In this document: piece after piece, positions 18,231 to 27,715 of the stretch | How the letters are laid out: the number at the start of each line of letters is the position of its first letter | Numbering within the stretch: position 1 is the first letter of the stretch | Virus record (IMG/VR): IMGVR_UViG_3300032783_000063 | Location: 37,306-101,305 of that record | DNA length: 64,000 nucleotides | DNA from: a virus | Strand: one strand, 5' to 3' | The notes under the pieces: model-generated | Seen by the model: only the letters and a program-made list of their open reading frames with translations | Told to the model about the DNA's origin: nothing | The model's database searches: none | Translations under genes and position numbers: made by a program

Positions 18231-18899
18231 ATGTCCATTAACCTCCGCATCAGCCAGCGCAACCGTGGCACCGAACCCGGCAACCCGTTCAGATGTGCCA
18301 TCGCCAACGCCTGGCGGGCGCAGAAAGGCGGTGACCCGTACGTACCAGGAGACGGCCGCGTACACGTAAGCCACGGCCCGTTCTGGCGCGAAACCCACAA
18401 GATCGGCCCGGACGGCAACAAGGTCATCAAAACCCACGACACCAAAGGCCCGAAAGCAGTCCCGGACCAGGACATCACCCTCGACGGCCCCGCCAAGACA
18501 CCCGCGAAGACCAAGACACCGGCCAAGACGGCGGCGAAGGCATCTGCCCGCGCTGACCGGAAAGCCGCCAGGGCCGCCAGGAAAACAGACACCAAACCGG
18601 CCGCGAAGGCACCTGCTGCTGCCGCAGCACCACAGCAGCAGCGAGCGTGGCCGCCGAAACCAGCACGCACCGCCCCCCCGCAGCAGACACGCGCCACACT
18701 GCGCCGCCCGGCACCCCCGCAGCCAGCCAGACAGCCCGCCGCGACCGCCCAGGCACGCACCAGAGCGGCAGCCCCGGCCCAGGCCCGTGCCACCCAGCGG
18801 CAAGCCATCACCGCAGGCAAACCAGCACAGCAATGGCCGCCGCCATACCGGGAACCCGAGAAAGTCCCCGTCACCCGCAGCCGCAGCCGCGGACGGTAA
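18231..18899 (+). CDS. hypothetical protein with Lys/Ala/Pro-rich tail
   Basis: ORF directly upstream of traB-like gene. Confidence 0.6.
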   Translation: MSINLRISQRNRGTEPGNPFRCAIANAWRAQKGGDPYVPGDGRVHVSHGPFWRETHKIGPDGNKVIKTHDTKGPKAVPDQDITLDGPAKTPAKTKTPAKTAAKASARADRKAARAARKTDTKPAAKAPAAAAAPQQQRAWPPKPARTAPPQQTRATLRRPAPPQPARQPAATAQARTRAAAPAQARATQRQAITAGKPAQQWPPPYREPEKVPVTRSRSRGR

Positions 18900-18911
18900 A
18901 AGGAGCCCTGC

Positions 18912-20843
18912 ATGAGTGCCAGCAAGAAAGAAACCGCCGCGATGGACGCCATCGTCATGACCATCCGGTTCCTCTGGCGCTGGCACTCCGGCTACCCCCT
19001 CCACGGCCCCCACGGCAAATTCCGCACCGACGCCACCTGGTCAAAAGACGCAAAAAACGTCCTCCACCCGATCCCAGGCGGATACGCGCCCCGGTGGCAT
19101 CACCTCCGCTGGCGCCGCCGCGGCCTCTACCGCTCCGCCGCCACCTGGACTGTCATCGGCGCCATCTACGGGTACCTCACCGCACCCGCCGTCACCCTGG
19201 CCATCATCGCTGCCGCCACTGCGGCAGCAGCCGGATACGGCACCTGGAAAGCCATCCGCGTCATCCGCACCTGGCAGTCCGAACGACACGAAATCAGGCC
19301 GCTGAAAGCCCGCCTCAAGCACCTCACCGGCTGGGAACCCGTCAGCATCACCATCGTCCGCGAAGACAACCCCGGCGGCAAGGACTGGCGGGAACTCAAG
19401 ATCGTAGACGTCGAGATCGAATGGCCAGTCGCCGCGCAGCTCGGCCCCCGCGACCAGCCCCTCATCCTCGAGGGCCTCACCGACCGCCTAGCCATCGAAG
19501 CCCCCGAACAGGCCGGGTCAAAATTCAAAGGACGCAACCGGGTTGTCCGATACGTCCAGTCCGAGCCGCCTCCCGGCCTGATCGGCTGGGATCACGTCGC
19601 TGAAGCCGTCGCCGGCGCCGACCGGAACGAGCTCGTGTTCGGCCTCGGCCGGCCCGAGGTGACGGGCAACAGGAAAACCTACGCGATCGTCAAGGCATCC
19701 CTGTCCACCGATAGCCCGCACCTCGCGTGCTCCGGCGGAACAGGCGGCGGGAAAACCAACCTGGGCGCGCTCATCATCCTCCAGGAACTGCACCGCGGCG
19801 CGATCCTCTTCAACATCGACCCCCGCTGGGACTCCCACCTGTGGTCTGAGGGCCTGCCCAACGTCATCTCCGCCCATTCCATCCCCGACGTTCACAACGC
19901 CCTGGCCTGGCTCGGCGAAGAACTCCACCGCCGCTACCAGACCGTGTTCTACGCTTCCCGCGGCACCGGCCGCGCCAGGCCCAAGTGGGCCCGCATCCTC
20001 GTCAACTGCGAAGAACTCAACTTCGGCATGCAGGACCTCAAGGACTACTGGACCGAGTGCCGCGCCGGCGACAAGAGCCTGCCGAAACGGTCCCCCGCGC
20101 TGAAAGCCCTCCAGGCCCTGTCCTGCGCCGGGCGGGCCGTCGACATCCACATCATGCTCTGGGCACAGATGCTCACCGTCGAATGCACCGGAGTGAAGGA
20201 CTCCACCGTCCGCGCCAACGCCGGAATCAAAGCCATGGTCCGCTACGACACCAACAACTGGAACATGCAGATCGGCAAACGGTTCCCCATGCCCCCCGAG
20301 CCCACCGAGCCCGGCCGCATACAACTGGTAACCGCCCGCGGTGTCCAGGAAACCCAGGTCCCCTACCTGTGCCTCGACCAGGACAAGGGTGACGAAGAAG
20401 GCGACAAGGCAGTCGCATGGGCTCGCGAGTACGCCGTCAGCGGCCAAGTCGCAGCACTGCCCACAGGCAAGCACGGAATCCCCCAGAGACTGTGGCCGGT
20501 ACCCATCGCCGAACCCGTCCTAGGACAACTGCAACTTTCGCAAAACGCGGACTCAACCCCAGGTCAGAACCCTGAGACGCCTAGGACAGTCTCAACTGAG
20601 ACACCCGCGATCGAAGCTCCGGTGACCCTTTCCGAGGCATGCGACGAGGAAACAGGGTTCCTCACGTGCGGTCTGATCGCCGCCCGCCGCGCCAGCACCC
20701 GGCCCGGATTCCCCCCGTCATGCGGACACAGGGGCGCAGCGAAGCTGTACTGGCCTGCCGACCTCCGCGCCAAGCTCGCGCGCCCCGACGACACCAGCCA
20801 GATAGCGGACAGTGACGACGATCAGCAGGACGGCGCGGCATGA
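18912..20843 (+). CDS. FtsK/SpoIIIE-type plasmid transfer protein (TraB-like)
   Basis: N-terminal TMs, Walker A SGGTGGGKT, Walker B ILVNCEELN, GRAVDIHIM..AQ, PGRIQLV, C-terminal winged-helix-like VTLSEA...GFP...G.RGAAKLY. Confidence 0.8.
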   Translation: MSASKKETAAMDAIVMTIRFLWRWHSGYPLHGPHGKFRTDATWSKDAKNVLHPIPGGYAPRWHHLRWRRRGLYRSAATWTVIGAIYGYLTAPAVTLAIIAAATAAAAGYGTWKAIRVIRTWQSERHEIRPLKARLKHLTGWEPVSITIVREDNPGGKDWRELKIVDVEIEWPVAAQLGPRDQPLILEGLTDRLAIEAPEQAGSKFKGRNRVVRYVQSEPPPGLIGWDHVAEAVAGADRNELVFGLGRPEVTGNRKTYAIVKASLSTDSPHLACSGGTGGGKTNLGALIILQELHRGAILFNIDPRWDSHLWSEGLPNVISAHSIPDVHNALAWLGEELHRRYQTVFYASRGTGRARPKWARILVNCEELNFGMQDLKDYWTECRAGDKSLPKRSPALKALQALSCAGRAVDIHIMLWAQMLTVECTGVKDSTVRANAGIKAMVRYDTNNWNMQIGKRFPMPPEPTEPGRIQLVTARGVQETQVPYLCLDQDKGDEEGDKAVAWAREYAVSGQVAALPTGKHGIPQRLWPVPIAEPVLGQLQLSQNADSTPGQNPETPRTVSTETPAIEAPVTLSEACDEETGFLTCGLIAARRASTRPGFPPSCGHRGAAKLYWPADLRAKLARPDDTSQIADSDDDQQDGAA

Positions 20844-21727
20844 CACGCCAACTCACCGAGATCGTGCTCGCCAGCCGTGACGACATCCCCGCCGTCCCCC
20901 TCGGGGCGTGGCGCACCAGCGAGATCTGGTGCCCAGTCGGCGCCCCGTTCGGCGCCTATCAGGCGTCGTCACGCGGCCGTATCCGCAGCGTCGACCGCAC
21001 CGCAGCCAACGGCCGCGCCTACAAGGGCGTAGTGCTCAGCGCGCGGCTCTCCCACCGCGGCCCGAGCGCGGGCACCAGGCACTCCTACGAGCAAGTCAAC
21101 GTCACCGCCGGCGACGGCACGAAGCACACCAGGCCCGTCCACTGGCTTGTCACGCTCGCCTTCGAGGGCCCCAGGCCCGCAGGCCAGCCCGAGACCCGCC
21201 ACTACAACGACCAGCCGCTCGACAACAGGTGGGCCCCGGGCGCCACGAAAGAGGAACGGCAGGCCAACGGCGGGAACCTGGGCTACGGGTCGCGGGAGGA
21301 CCAGGAACGCGACCAGGCCGAGAACAACCCGCCCGAGCCGAGGCCGCCGCGACCGGTCGTCCTCTGCGAGCCCCACGGCCGGCCCGTAGTCAACGGCAGC
21401 AAGGTCCGCTGCCAGGCGTGCATCGAGCAGCTGGGCATCGCCGGCGCCCGCCTCATCGCCTCGGGCCTCAGCCCGGCCGAGGCAGCTGAGCAGCTGGGCT
21501 ACAGCTCGCCGGACGGCCTGGTGCGCCACGCCAAAAACCACGGCGGCCTGATCGAGACCATCACCTACTCGCTCGCCGGCGGGACACCGCCCGTGATACT
21601 CGCCGGGGACCCTCCCGCGAGTGTTATACGCAACCACCCTGTGACCAGCGGAAACGTGCCGGATGGCGGCCGCCGCCGAGTGTCCCGGCTGAGGCGCCTG
21701 TTCCGCCAGGTCGGTGACTCACAGTGA
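20840..21727 (+). CDS. NUMOD4-HNH homing endonuclease-like protein
   Basis: EIWCPV...YQASSRGRIRSVDR...VHWLVTLAFEGPRP...TRHYNDQPLDNR...NLGYG. Confidence 0.8.
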   Translation: MTRQLTEIVLASRDDIPAVPLGAWRTSEIWCPVGAPFGAYQASSRGRIRSVDRTAANGRAYKGVVLSARLSHRGPSAGTRHSYEQVNVTAGDGTKHTRPVHWLVTLAFEGPRPAGQPETRHYNDQPLDNRWAPGATKEERQANGGNLGYGSREDQERDQAENNPPEPRPPRPVVLCEPHGRPVVNGSKVRCQACIEQLGIAGARLIASGLSPAEAAEQLGYSSPDGLVRHAKNHGGLIETITYSLAGGTPPVILAGDPPASVIRNHPVTSGNVPDGGRRRVSRLRRLFRQVGDSQ

Positions 21728-22033
21728 ACGCCGGCCTGACGTCACGCACAGTGAGCGGCCCGCTAATCCGATCGAACTGGAAACTCGCCCAAGATCGTTC
21801 ACCGCTAACCATAGTACGCAGCCACATAAGGGGCATAAGCGGGCGTTCTACGCTGGGGCGAGTTGCTCGCGGGGGGAGGCCCGCCGCGAAGCGGCGTAAA
21901 GGCGCGTGGCCTCCCCCCAAACCCGTCCCAGATGGGACAAACTGGGACACCCTTCTGGGACAGCCCAGGGAGACGAGTTGTTTGCTTGATATACACAGCA
22001 AACCGGCTGCCGAGCCGAGTCACACACAGTGAG
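21714..22033. promoter_or_regulatory. three BldD-box-like 15-mers
   Basis: GTGACTCACAGTGAA (21714), GTCACGCACAGTGAG (21741), GTCACACACAGTGAG (22019); each one mismatch to nTnACnC(A/T)GnGTnAn. Confidence 0.55.
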
Positions 22034-22157
22034 CAACAAAAACAAAGGTCAGGTTCAAGGCAGGGGGACATCCTGTACACGTACATGGTTTCACGTGCCA
22101 CGTACAGTGGGTATACTTACGCGCAGAGAGATTCACTCCCTAGCCAACAGAGAGGCC

Positions 22158-22577
22158 ATGTTGAACATCACGGTGTACCTGCCAGAAGAGATCGGCACCT
22201 GGGCGAAGAAAGCGGACCTGAACCTGAGTTACATGCTGCGACGAGCAGTAGAGGGCGAGCAGCACCGCCAGGCCGTGCGGATGAACCTGGGCGACCAATC
22301 AGGCGTACACGAACTGGAGGTACAAGACAAGCACAAGCGGATCTACACCGCCAGGTTCCACGGCCGCCTGCTGACAGAGCATGACGGCGTAACGGCATAC
22401 CTCAGCGACGACGGGAACATCTGGACATACGACGGCTCATCTTTCGACCTGTGCCCGCACGATGAGCCGTGGCTGGACCTGCAGGACTGGCCGCTAGATG
22501 ACTATCTCACCGTGATGGAGGCCATCGGCGTGACAGGCGTCGTGGAGATCGGAAAAAGAAAGGGCATCGTCCCGTGA
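22158..22577 (+). CDS. CcdA-like ribbon-helix-helix protein
   Basis: MLNITVYLPEEIGTWAKKADLNLSYMLRRAV; RBS AGAGG. Confidence 0.6.
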   Translation: MLNITVYLPEEIGTWAKKADLNLSYMLRRAVEGEQHRQAVRMNLGDQSGVHELEVQDKHKRIYTARFHGRLLTEHDGVTAYLSDDGNIWTYDGSSFDLCPHDEPWLDLQDWPLDDYLTVMEAIGVTGVVEIGKRKGIVP

Positions 22578-22614
22578 CCACCAACATCAACTGTCAGGCG
22601 GGGGAGGTGCCCGC

Positions 22615-22797
22615 ATGAGCGGCCAGCGGTTCGTGGTCGCCTGCATCACCGTGTCATTGCTGGTGATCGTCACCCAGGTTCTGCTGTGCGTCCTGGGCGA
22701 CGCCCGCCTGGCGCGGGCGTGGGCCGCCGGGTTCGCTGGCGTCGCAGTCGCATCCGGCCTCATGTATCTCCGCAGCCAGAGAGGCGGCCAACGATGA
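22615..22797 (+). CDS. small two-TM membrane protein
   Basis: Hydrophobicity; RBS GGAGG. Confidence 0.6.
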   Translation: MSGQRFVVACITVSLLVIVTQVLLCVLGDARLARAWAAGFAGVAVASGLMYLRSQRGGQR

Positions 22798-22852
22798 CCG
22801 CCATTGTGGCCGTGGACCGGCGGCAGCACGACAGTAGGGGGGGCATCGTCCC

Positions 22853-23029
22853 GTGAGCACACTCATCGTCGTCGCGGTCATCGTGTTCGTCTTGCTGCAC
22901 GTCCTGGGCGCCGGACAGCATCACCGGCGCCGGTCACGCGGACTCCAGCCCAGGTTCTACTGGTCCTCGAAGTGGGGGCCGTACGGGTCGATCAAGATCG
23001 GGGGCTTTCGCATCGGTCACAAACTGTAG
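22853..23029 (+). CDS. small membrane protein
   Basis: Manual translation VSTLIVVAVIVFVLLHVLGAGQHHRRR... Confidence 0.55.
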   Translation: MSTLIVVAVIVFVLLHVLGAGQHHRRRSRGLQPRFYWSSKWGPYGSIKIGGFRIGHKL

Positions 23030-23092
23030 GGGGGGGGATTATCCCCTCTATTAACTACTAGATAGTCGTTTCAAGTCAAGGGAGCACGAATC

Positions 23093-23536
23093 ATGTCATC
23101 TTGCCCGGGTTTGCATTGCCCAGGGTGCGGCGAGGTGGGGGCTGGCGGCCTGGTGGTCGCCGGTGTTGCCGCAGCGCTGGCTTATGAACTGGGTGCGACG
23201 ATCGCCACGATCGCCGCACTCGTCCTGACCATCGCCGGTGTCACGACTCTCGTCGTCGTCGTGCTGATGGCCATCTTCCTGCGGAAGGTCCTGAAGGACA
23301 CTGCGGGCCAGGAGCAGATCTTGCCGTTCGGTGAGGCGATGCGCCGGTCTGCGGCGGTGCGGGGGCCGTCGAATGCGGCGATCGGGCGGCGGCTGCGGGC
23401 GCTGGAGAACCGGCCTGCGCTGCATGTGCATCTGGGCGGCGAGCAGGACACCGCGCCGGTGTGGACGGCGCGCCAGCAGGCGACGGAGCGGAAGCAGCTG
23501 CCGGGCCGGTCGTGGCCGCGAGAGGACCAGCCGTGA
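23093..23536 (+). CDS. membrane protein (Spd-like)
   Basis: LHCPGC then two TMs, LHVH motif. Confidence 0.6.
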   Translation: MSSCPGLHCPGCGEVGAGGLVVAGVAAALAYELGATIATIAALVLTIAGVTTLVVVVLMAIFLRKVLKDTAGQEQILPFGEAMRRSAAVRGPSNAAIGRRLRALENRPALHVHLGGEQDTAPVWTARQQATERKQLPGRSWPREDQP

Positions 23537-23916
23537 TCGTCCTGGCTGTGGCCGGGGTGGCCGTGCTGATCCTGTGGGCGGCGTTCGGGGATGTTGTTCT
23601 CTGGTCGCTGCTGGCCGCCGGGGTCGTGGTGGCCGCTGCCGGGGCGGTGTTCGCGGTGTGGTGGTGTCGGCGGACTGTGCCGCAGATCCGGCAGCCGTGG
23701 ACTGGTGACATGACCCTGGACGTGCTCAAGGCGCGCGAGCTGGCTGAGGAGCATCCGGTGAAGGTGATCGAGGGCGTGTTCGAGGTGTCGGAGGAACGGC
23801 TCCCGGCACGCAGGAAGAGAGCATGGACCGCTACCCCCAGTAATCAACCGAAGGGAACACACGCAGTGACCAAGCTCAGCGAATGCGACGACCGGCGGGA
23901 CCGGTCTAGGCGATGA
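23533..23916 (+). CDS. membrane protein
   Basis: Two N-terminal TMs; GTGA overlap. Confidence 0.55.
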   Translation: MIVLAVAGVAVLILWAAFGDVVLWSLLAAGVVVAAAGAVFAVWWCRRTVPQIRQPWTGDMTLDVLKARELAEEHPVKVIEGVFEVSEERLPARRKRAWTATPSNQPKGTHAVTKLSECDDRRDRSRR

Positions 23917-24281
23917 ACATTCCAGTCACTCTGACCGGTTTGACTGCCGATGGCGAACTAGTGCCCTTTACCGGTTTCCCGACAGGTGTCCCCGGTCTTG
24001 TGGTCGCTAAGTCGGCCTTCCACCGTGACCCGCCACGGTATGCCGTGGTCCATGCCCGGTCAGGTCTGAGCCTTGGCTACTGCTTCACCGACCCGGAGGC
24101 TGCGCTCAGCTTCGCGCAGGCTGTCGGCTCCGTCGCCTGCTGGCGGCAGCCGGGACCTGCGGTACACGCCGCACTGCGAACCGATCGTTTCAAGGTGGCG
24201 CGAGAGCCATACCTGCGTGCGCGATGCCCTCATGGGCGTACTCGCGGAGCCCTGGATCACGACAACGGGGCAACGCTATGA
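23913..24281 (+). CDS. hypothetical protein
   Basis: Coupled ORF. Confidence 0.55.
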   Translation: MNIPVTLTGLTADGELVPFTGFPTGVPGLVVAKSAFHRDPPRYAVVHARSGLSLGYCFTDPEAALSFAQAVGSVACWRQPGPAVHAALRTDRFKVAREPYLRARCPHGRTRGALDHDNGATL

Positions 24282-24682
24282 GCGGCGAAGAGAAGGGATG
24301 CGTCATGAACTCCACGAAAGGAATCGATCAGATGAATGCAATATCCGGGCCAGCAGTGCGGGCCGCCCCGCAGCCCGATTTCCCGTCCACCGCCTACGGT
24401 GTGCGCTTGACCTGGCTCGGTGAAGACGGTGGCATGGCCGCCGAAGGCCACGTCCCGCTGCTGCGGTTCGTCGCTGCCTGCAACCGTGTAGCGCGCACGG
24501 AGTGTGGTCTGCGGAACCTGGCAGACGAGCGAGGGTTCGCGCTGGACGATGTCCTGGACGTAGTCCGGCACGTCTGGGCCGTGACCGTCCCGCCAGAGGG
24601 CTGGTGCGAGTGGGCGGTCAGCTGGCAGGACGTCACGAAGGAAACTCCCGGCGCCATTCCCCTCACCGTCTACTGGCCGTAA
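24278..24682 (+). CDS. hypothetical protein
   Basis: Coupled ORF. Confidence 0.55.
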   Translation: MSGEEKGCVMNSTKGIDQMNAISGPAVRAAPQPDFPSTAYGVRLTWLGEDGGMAAEGHVPLLRFVAACNRVARTECGLRNLADERGFALDDVLDVVRHVWAVTVPPEGWCEWAVSWQDVTKETPGAIPLTVYWP

Positions 24683-24953
24683 GCGGACAGGGAGCACGCA
24701 ATGAGTGTGTATGACAAGGCTCTGGCGGCTCGGTGTGAGTTGTGCTGGGCGTCGCCGGGGACGGTGTGTCAGCGGCATCCGGCGGGGGTGCATGTGGGAC
24801 GCTTCCCGGACACTACGGTCACAGGCCGGGATGCGTACCGGATCGTACTGGAGGCGGCAGCGTGATTCTCGATCTGGCCATGTTCGCGGTGGGGGTTGTC
24901 ATGGGCTGGGGTGCGGCCTGGTGGATGGCGCGCCGCGATAGGAAGGACAAGTC

Positions 24954-25604
24954 ATGACGCGCACGGGCAACACCACCAGGTACACGGCGGCGGCTGCGCT
25001 GGCTGGCGTGTCACTCATCGCCGCCGTCATCTCCTACCTGCACGCCCTCGCCGTGGTCCGCGCGGTCGGCGCCACGCCGCCGGTGGTGTACCTGATCCCG
25101 TTCCTCGCGGACCTGGTGATCCTGGGGGCGTCGGCGTCGCTGCTGGACGCAGCGTCGTCCGGGAAGGCGAAGCCGCGGCTGGCGGTGGTGTCGCTGGCGA
25201 CGGGGGTTGGGGTGACTCTGGCGATGAACGTGGCGGCGGGGCTGGGTCATGGTGTGGCGGGCGGTCTGGTGGCGGGGTGGCCGGCGGTGGCGTTCGTGTT
25301 GTCGCTGGAGTCCCTGGCGGTGATCGTCCGCTCAAACAGCCGCGAGGCGGCGCGGGCGGCGCGGCAGAGTGCCGTGGCGCCTGTCATACACGACGACAGG
25401 CCCGTCGCTCCCGCCACGGCCGAGCCTGCGCCGGTGGCGTCGGCGGCCGGGGACAACCATGAGGAGATCCGGCGGCTTCTCACCGCCGTCCCGCCGCTGT
25501 CGGTTTCCCAGATCGCTGACAGGGCGAATGTTTCCAAGTCCACGGTCCACCGGGTGAAGCGGCAGTCCCGCAACAACCGGCACGGCCTGTCCGCTGTCCG
25601 GTAG
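24954..25604 (+). CDS. DUF2637 membrane protein with C-terminal HTH (SpdB-like spread protein)
   Basis: AAVISYLHA...P.LADLVI...TLAMNVA...VAGWPAVAFVLSLE, four TMs, HTH SVSQIADRANVSKSTVHRVK. Confidence 0.8.
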   Translation: MTRTGNTTRYTAAAALAGVSLIAAVISYLHALAVVRAVGATPPVVYLIPFLADLVILGASASLLDAASSGKAKPRLAVVSLATGVGVTLAMNVAAGLGHGVAGGLVAGWPAVAFVLSLESLAVIVRSNSREAARAARQSAVAPVIHDDRPVAPATAEPAPVASAAGDNHEEIRRLLTAVPPLSVSQIADRANVSKSTVHRVKRQSRNNRHGLSAVR

Positions 25605-25615
25605 GAGGGAACCCC

Positions 25616-26341
25616 ATGGACGGTCACATGCTGAAGCGGACCCTGGCCGTGCACCAGCGCATAGCCGACGCGTTCAACGATGACCGGTTCCCGGTACGCG
25701 GCCCGAATACGCGGATGCTCGTTGTCACGGGCCTGTGGGTGGTCGGGATCGAGAGGCCCCCGCCTGGTGAGCGGTGGGATCGTGTCCGGGATCTGCTGCA
25801 GCTGAGTCCGTACGGGCTGCTGAACATGTTCAGGGAGGACGCACCTCGGTGGGCGCCGACTGACGAGCATGGCGTTGACCGACGCCGGGTGTGTGAGGCG
25901 CCGATGGTCCGCCGGTCCGGCCCGTGCGGGCAGTCTGAGTCGACTGCGTTCCGGGTGACTGATCCTGCTGATGGGACGTGGCGTATTGCCGGGTTCTGTA
26001 ACCGGCACCGGGAGTATGCGGCGGCGGTGCAGCAGGCTGAGCGTGTCCGCCGCCAGTCCGGGACGTTGCCGGTGCCTGTGCCGAACACGGGAGGGCTGCT
26101 GCCGTGTTATCTCGGCGGTAAACGGGAAGCCTGGGCTGAGAATTATGCGCGTGCCCGGCCGGGGTGGCAGCCTCCTGCGGAGGGTTTGCGGGCGGATGAC
26201 TGGCCAGTCATGGCAAAGGTCGTAGCCAAGGCGGCGGCTCCGCAGCTGTCGCTGCTCGAGGGTGACGGTGAGACCGAGTTCCTGTTCGCTGATGGTACCG
26301 GCCCTCCTTCGCTGCGTCTTTTGCCCGGAGGTGCGGCGTAA
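25616..26341 (+). CDS. hypothetical protein (Cys/His motif)
   Basis: RBS GGAGG; CEAPM.R..GPCG...FCNRH. Confidence 0.65.
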   Translation: MDGHMLKRTLAVHQRIADAFNDDRFPVRGPNTRMLVVTGLWVVGIERPPPGERWDRVRDLLQLSPYGLLNMFREDAPRWAPTDEHGVDRRRVCEAPMVRRSGPCGQSESTAFRVTDPADGTWRIAGFCNRHREYAAAVQQAERVRRQSGTLPVPVPNTGGLLPCYLGGKREAWAENYARARPGWQPPAEGLRADDWPVMAKVVAKAAAPQLSLLEGDGETEFLFADGTGPPSLRLLPGGAA

Positions 26342-26375
26342 GACTGGCAGCCGACATGAGTAGAAAGGCATCACC

Positions 26376-26795
26376 ATGTGCAACCCCGTGACAACCCTCA
26401 ACCCGGACTGCCTCCTCGCCAAAGGCACGGCGAACGGCTACGAGTGGGAAGTCGTCAGCAACCCGCTTGGCTACCGCTGCGGCTATGTGCGCATCCCGGC
26501 CGGGCACCCGTGGCACGGCAAGGGCATCGACGACGTCAACCCGGACCCGTTCGTACATGGCGGCCTGAACTTCGCCCGGGCGGACACTGACTGCGGCAAG
26601 GGCGGCGGGGATGATGCGTGGTGGCTCGGATTCGATTGTGCCCATGCGGGGGACGCCCCGGACCCGGCGCTGCCAGGCCATGATCCTCACATGCTGGAAC
26701 TGCTGCAGCGGGCGGGCTGGACTGTCCGGTCAACGGACTATGTAATCGGCGAGTGCGTGTCACTTGCCCGGCAGGCCGCCGCCGCAGTGCGGTAG
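26376..26795 (+). CDS. conserved phage hypothetical protein
   Basis: GYRCGYVRIP.GHP...VHGGLNF...WWLGFDCAHAGD. Confidence 0.75.
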   Translation: MCNPVTTLNPDCLLAKGTANGYEWEVVSNPLGYRCGYVRIPAGHPWHGKGIDDVNPDPFVHGGLNFARADTDCGKGGGDDAWWLGFDCAHAGDAPDPALPGHDPHMLELLQRAGWTVRSTDYVIGECVSLARQAAAAVR

Positions 26796-26805
26796 AACAC
26801 TGTGC

Positions 26806-27252
26806 GTGAAAGCACTCACCGTCCGTAACCCCTGGGCTCACGCCATCGCCCACTGGCGCGAAACCATCATCAACATGACCTGGCCAACCGGCTACCGCGG
26901 CGAGCTCGCCATCCACGCCCACCCCGCCGCCGACCCCGCAGCGGATGATGACCCTCGCATCGCCGAGGTCGCAAGATCCCATCCGGGCATTCCCATGGCA
27001 GCCGGCGCGGTGGTCGCGGTCGGCCACCTCGCCGGCTGCCATCACGCTGAACGGTGCGACCATGCGTGGACGCCCTGCTGCCAGCCCGGCTGTCACCACC
27101 TGTGCGACCCGTGGGCCACCTACGGCATGTGGCACTGGCAGCTCACCGGAGTGCGGACGCTGGCGGTGCCAGTACCCTGCAAAGCCGGGCTCGGCCTGTG
27201 GGAACTCCCCGAGACGGTCGCCGACCAGACGTACCCGACCGAGGTGCTGTAA
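26806..27252 (+). CDS. ASCH/PUA-domain protein
   Basis: KALTVRNPWAHAI...TW.TGYRGELAIHA...W.L..VR.L..PVPCK..LGLW. Confidence 0.8.
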   Translation: MKALTVRNPWAHAIAHWRETIINMTWPTGYRGELAIHAHPAADPAADDDPRIAEVARSHPGIPMAAGAVVAVGHLAGCHHAERCDHAWTPCCQPGCHHLCDPWATYGMWHWQLTGVRTLAVPVPCKAGLGLWELPETVADQTYPTEVL

Positions 27253-27290
27253 TACACCGTCCTGTCATACCTGTCGGTTACCTTATGGGT

Positions 27291-27656
27291 ATGTCTCGCC
27301 CTGTCGTACTCGCCGTCGCTGCCATCGTCTTACTCGTCGGCTGGGCCACCCACGGCCCCGTCGGCCTCGTCCTCGCCATCCTGCTCGAGGCCACGGTCTA
27401 CTTCATCTCGCTGCGGCTCCACCCGCGGATCCGGCACACCGGCATCCTCGGCCTCGGCTGGTTCACCTGCAGGGGCACCGGCGAGAAACACTCCCACCTG
27501 TTCCGCTGGATCTATCACCGGGATAAGCGGTGCGGCGGGTCGGGGCGGATCATCCGGTGGGGGGCCCGCCGGTGGGGCACTGACAATATCCGGCGGGCGG
27601 AGGTTCTGTCGGCGACACAGCGGGCCAACGCGAAACGTCTCCGCACCTGGCGCTAG
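27291..27656 (+). CDS. membrane protein with DnaJ-like CxGxG Zn finger
   Basis: Two TMs, CRGTG...CGGSGR. Confidence 0.6.
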   Translation: MSRPVVLAVAAIVLLVGWATHGPVGLVLAILLEATVYFISLRLHPRIRHTGILGLGWFTCRGTGEKHSHLFRWIYHRDKRCGGSGRIIRWGARRWGTDNIRRAEVLSATQRANAKRLRTWR

Positions 27657-27715
27657 GCAGCAGCCCGCCCATCCCAACCAGAGGGACAGGCGGGCTGACT
27701 GTTGTACAGCCATTC

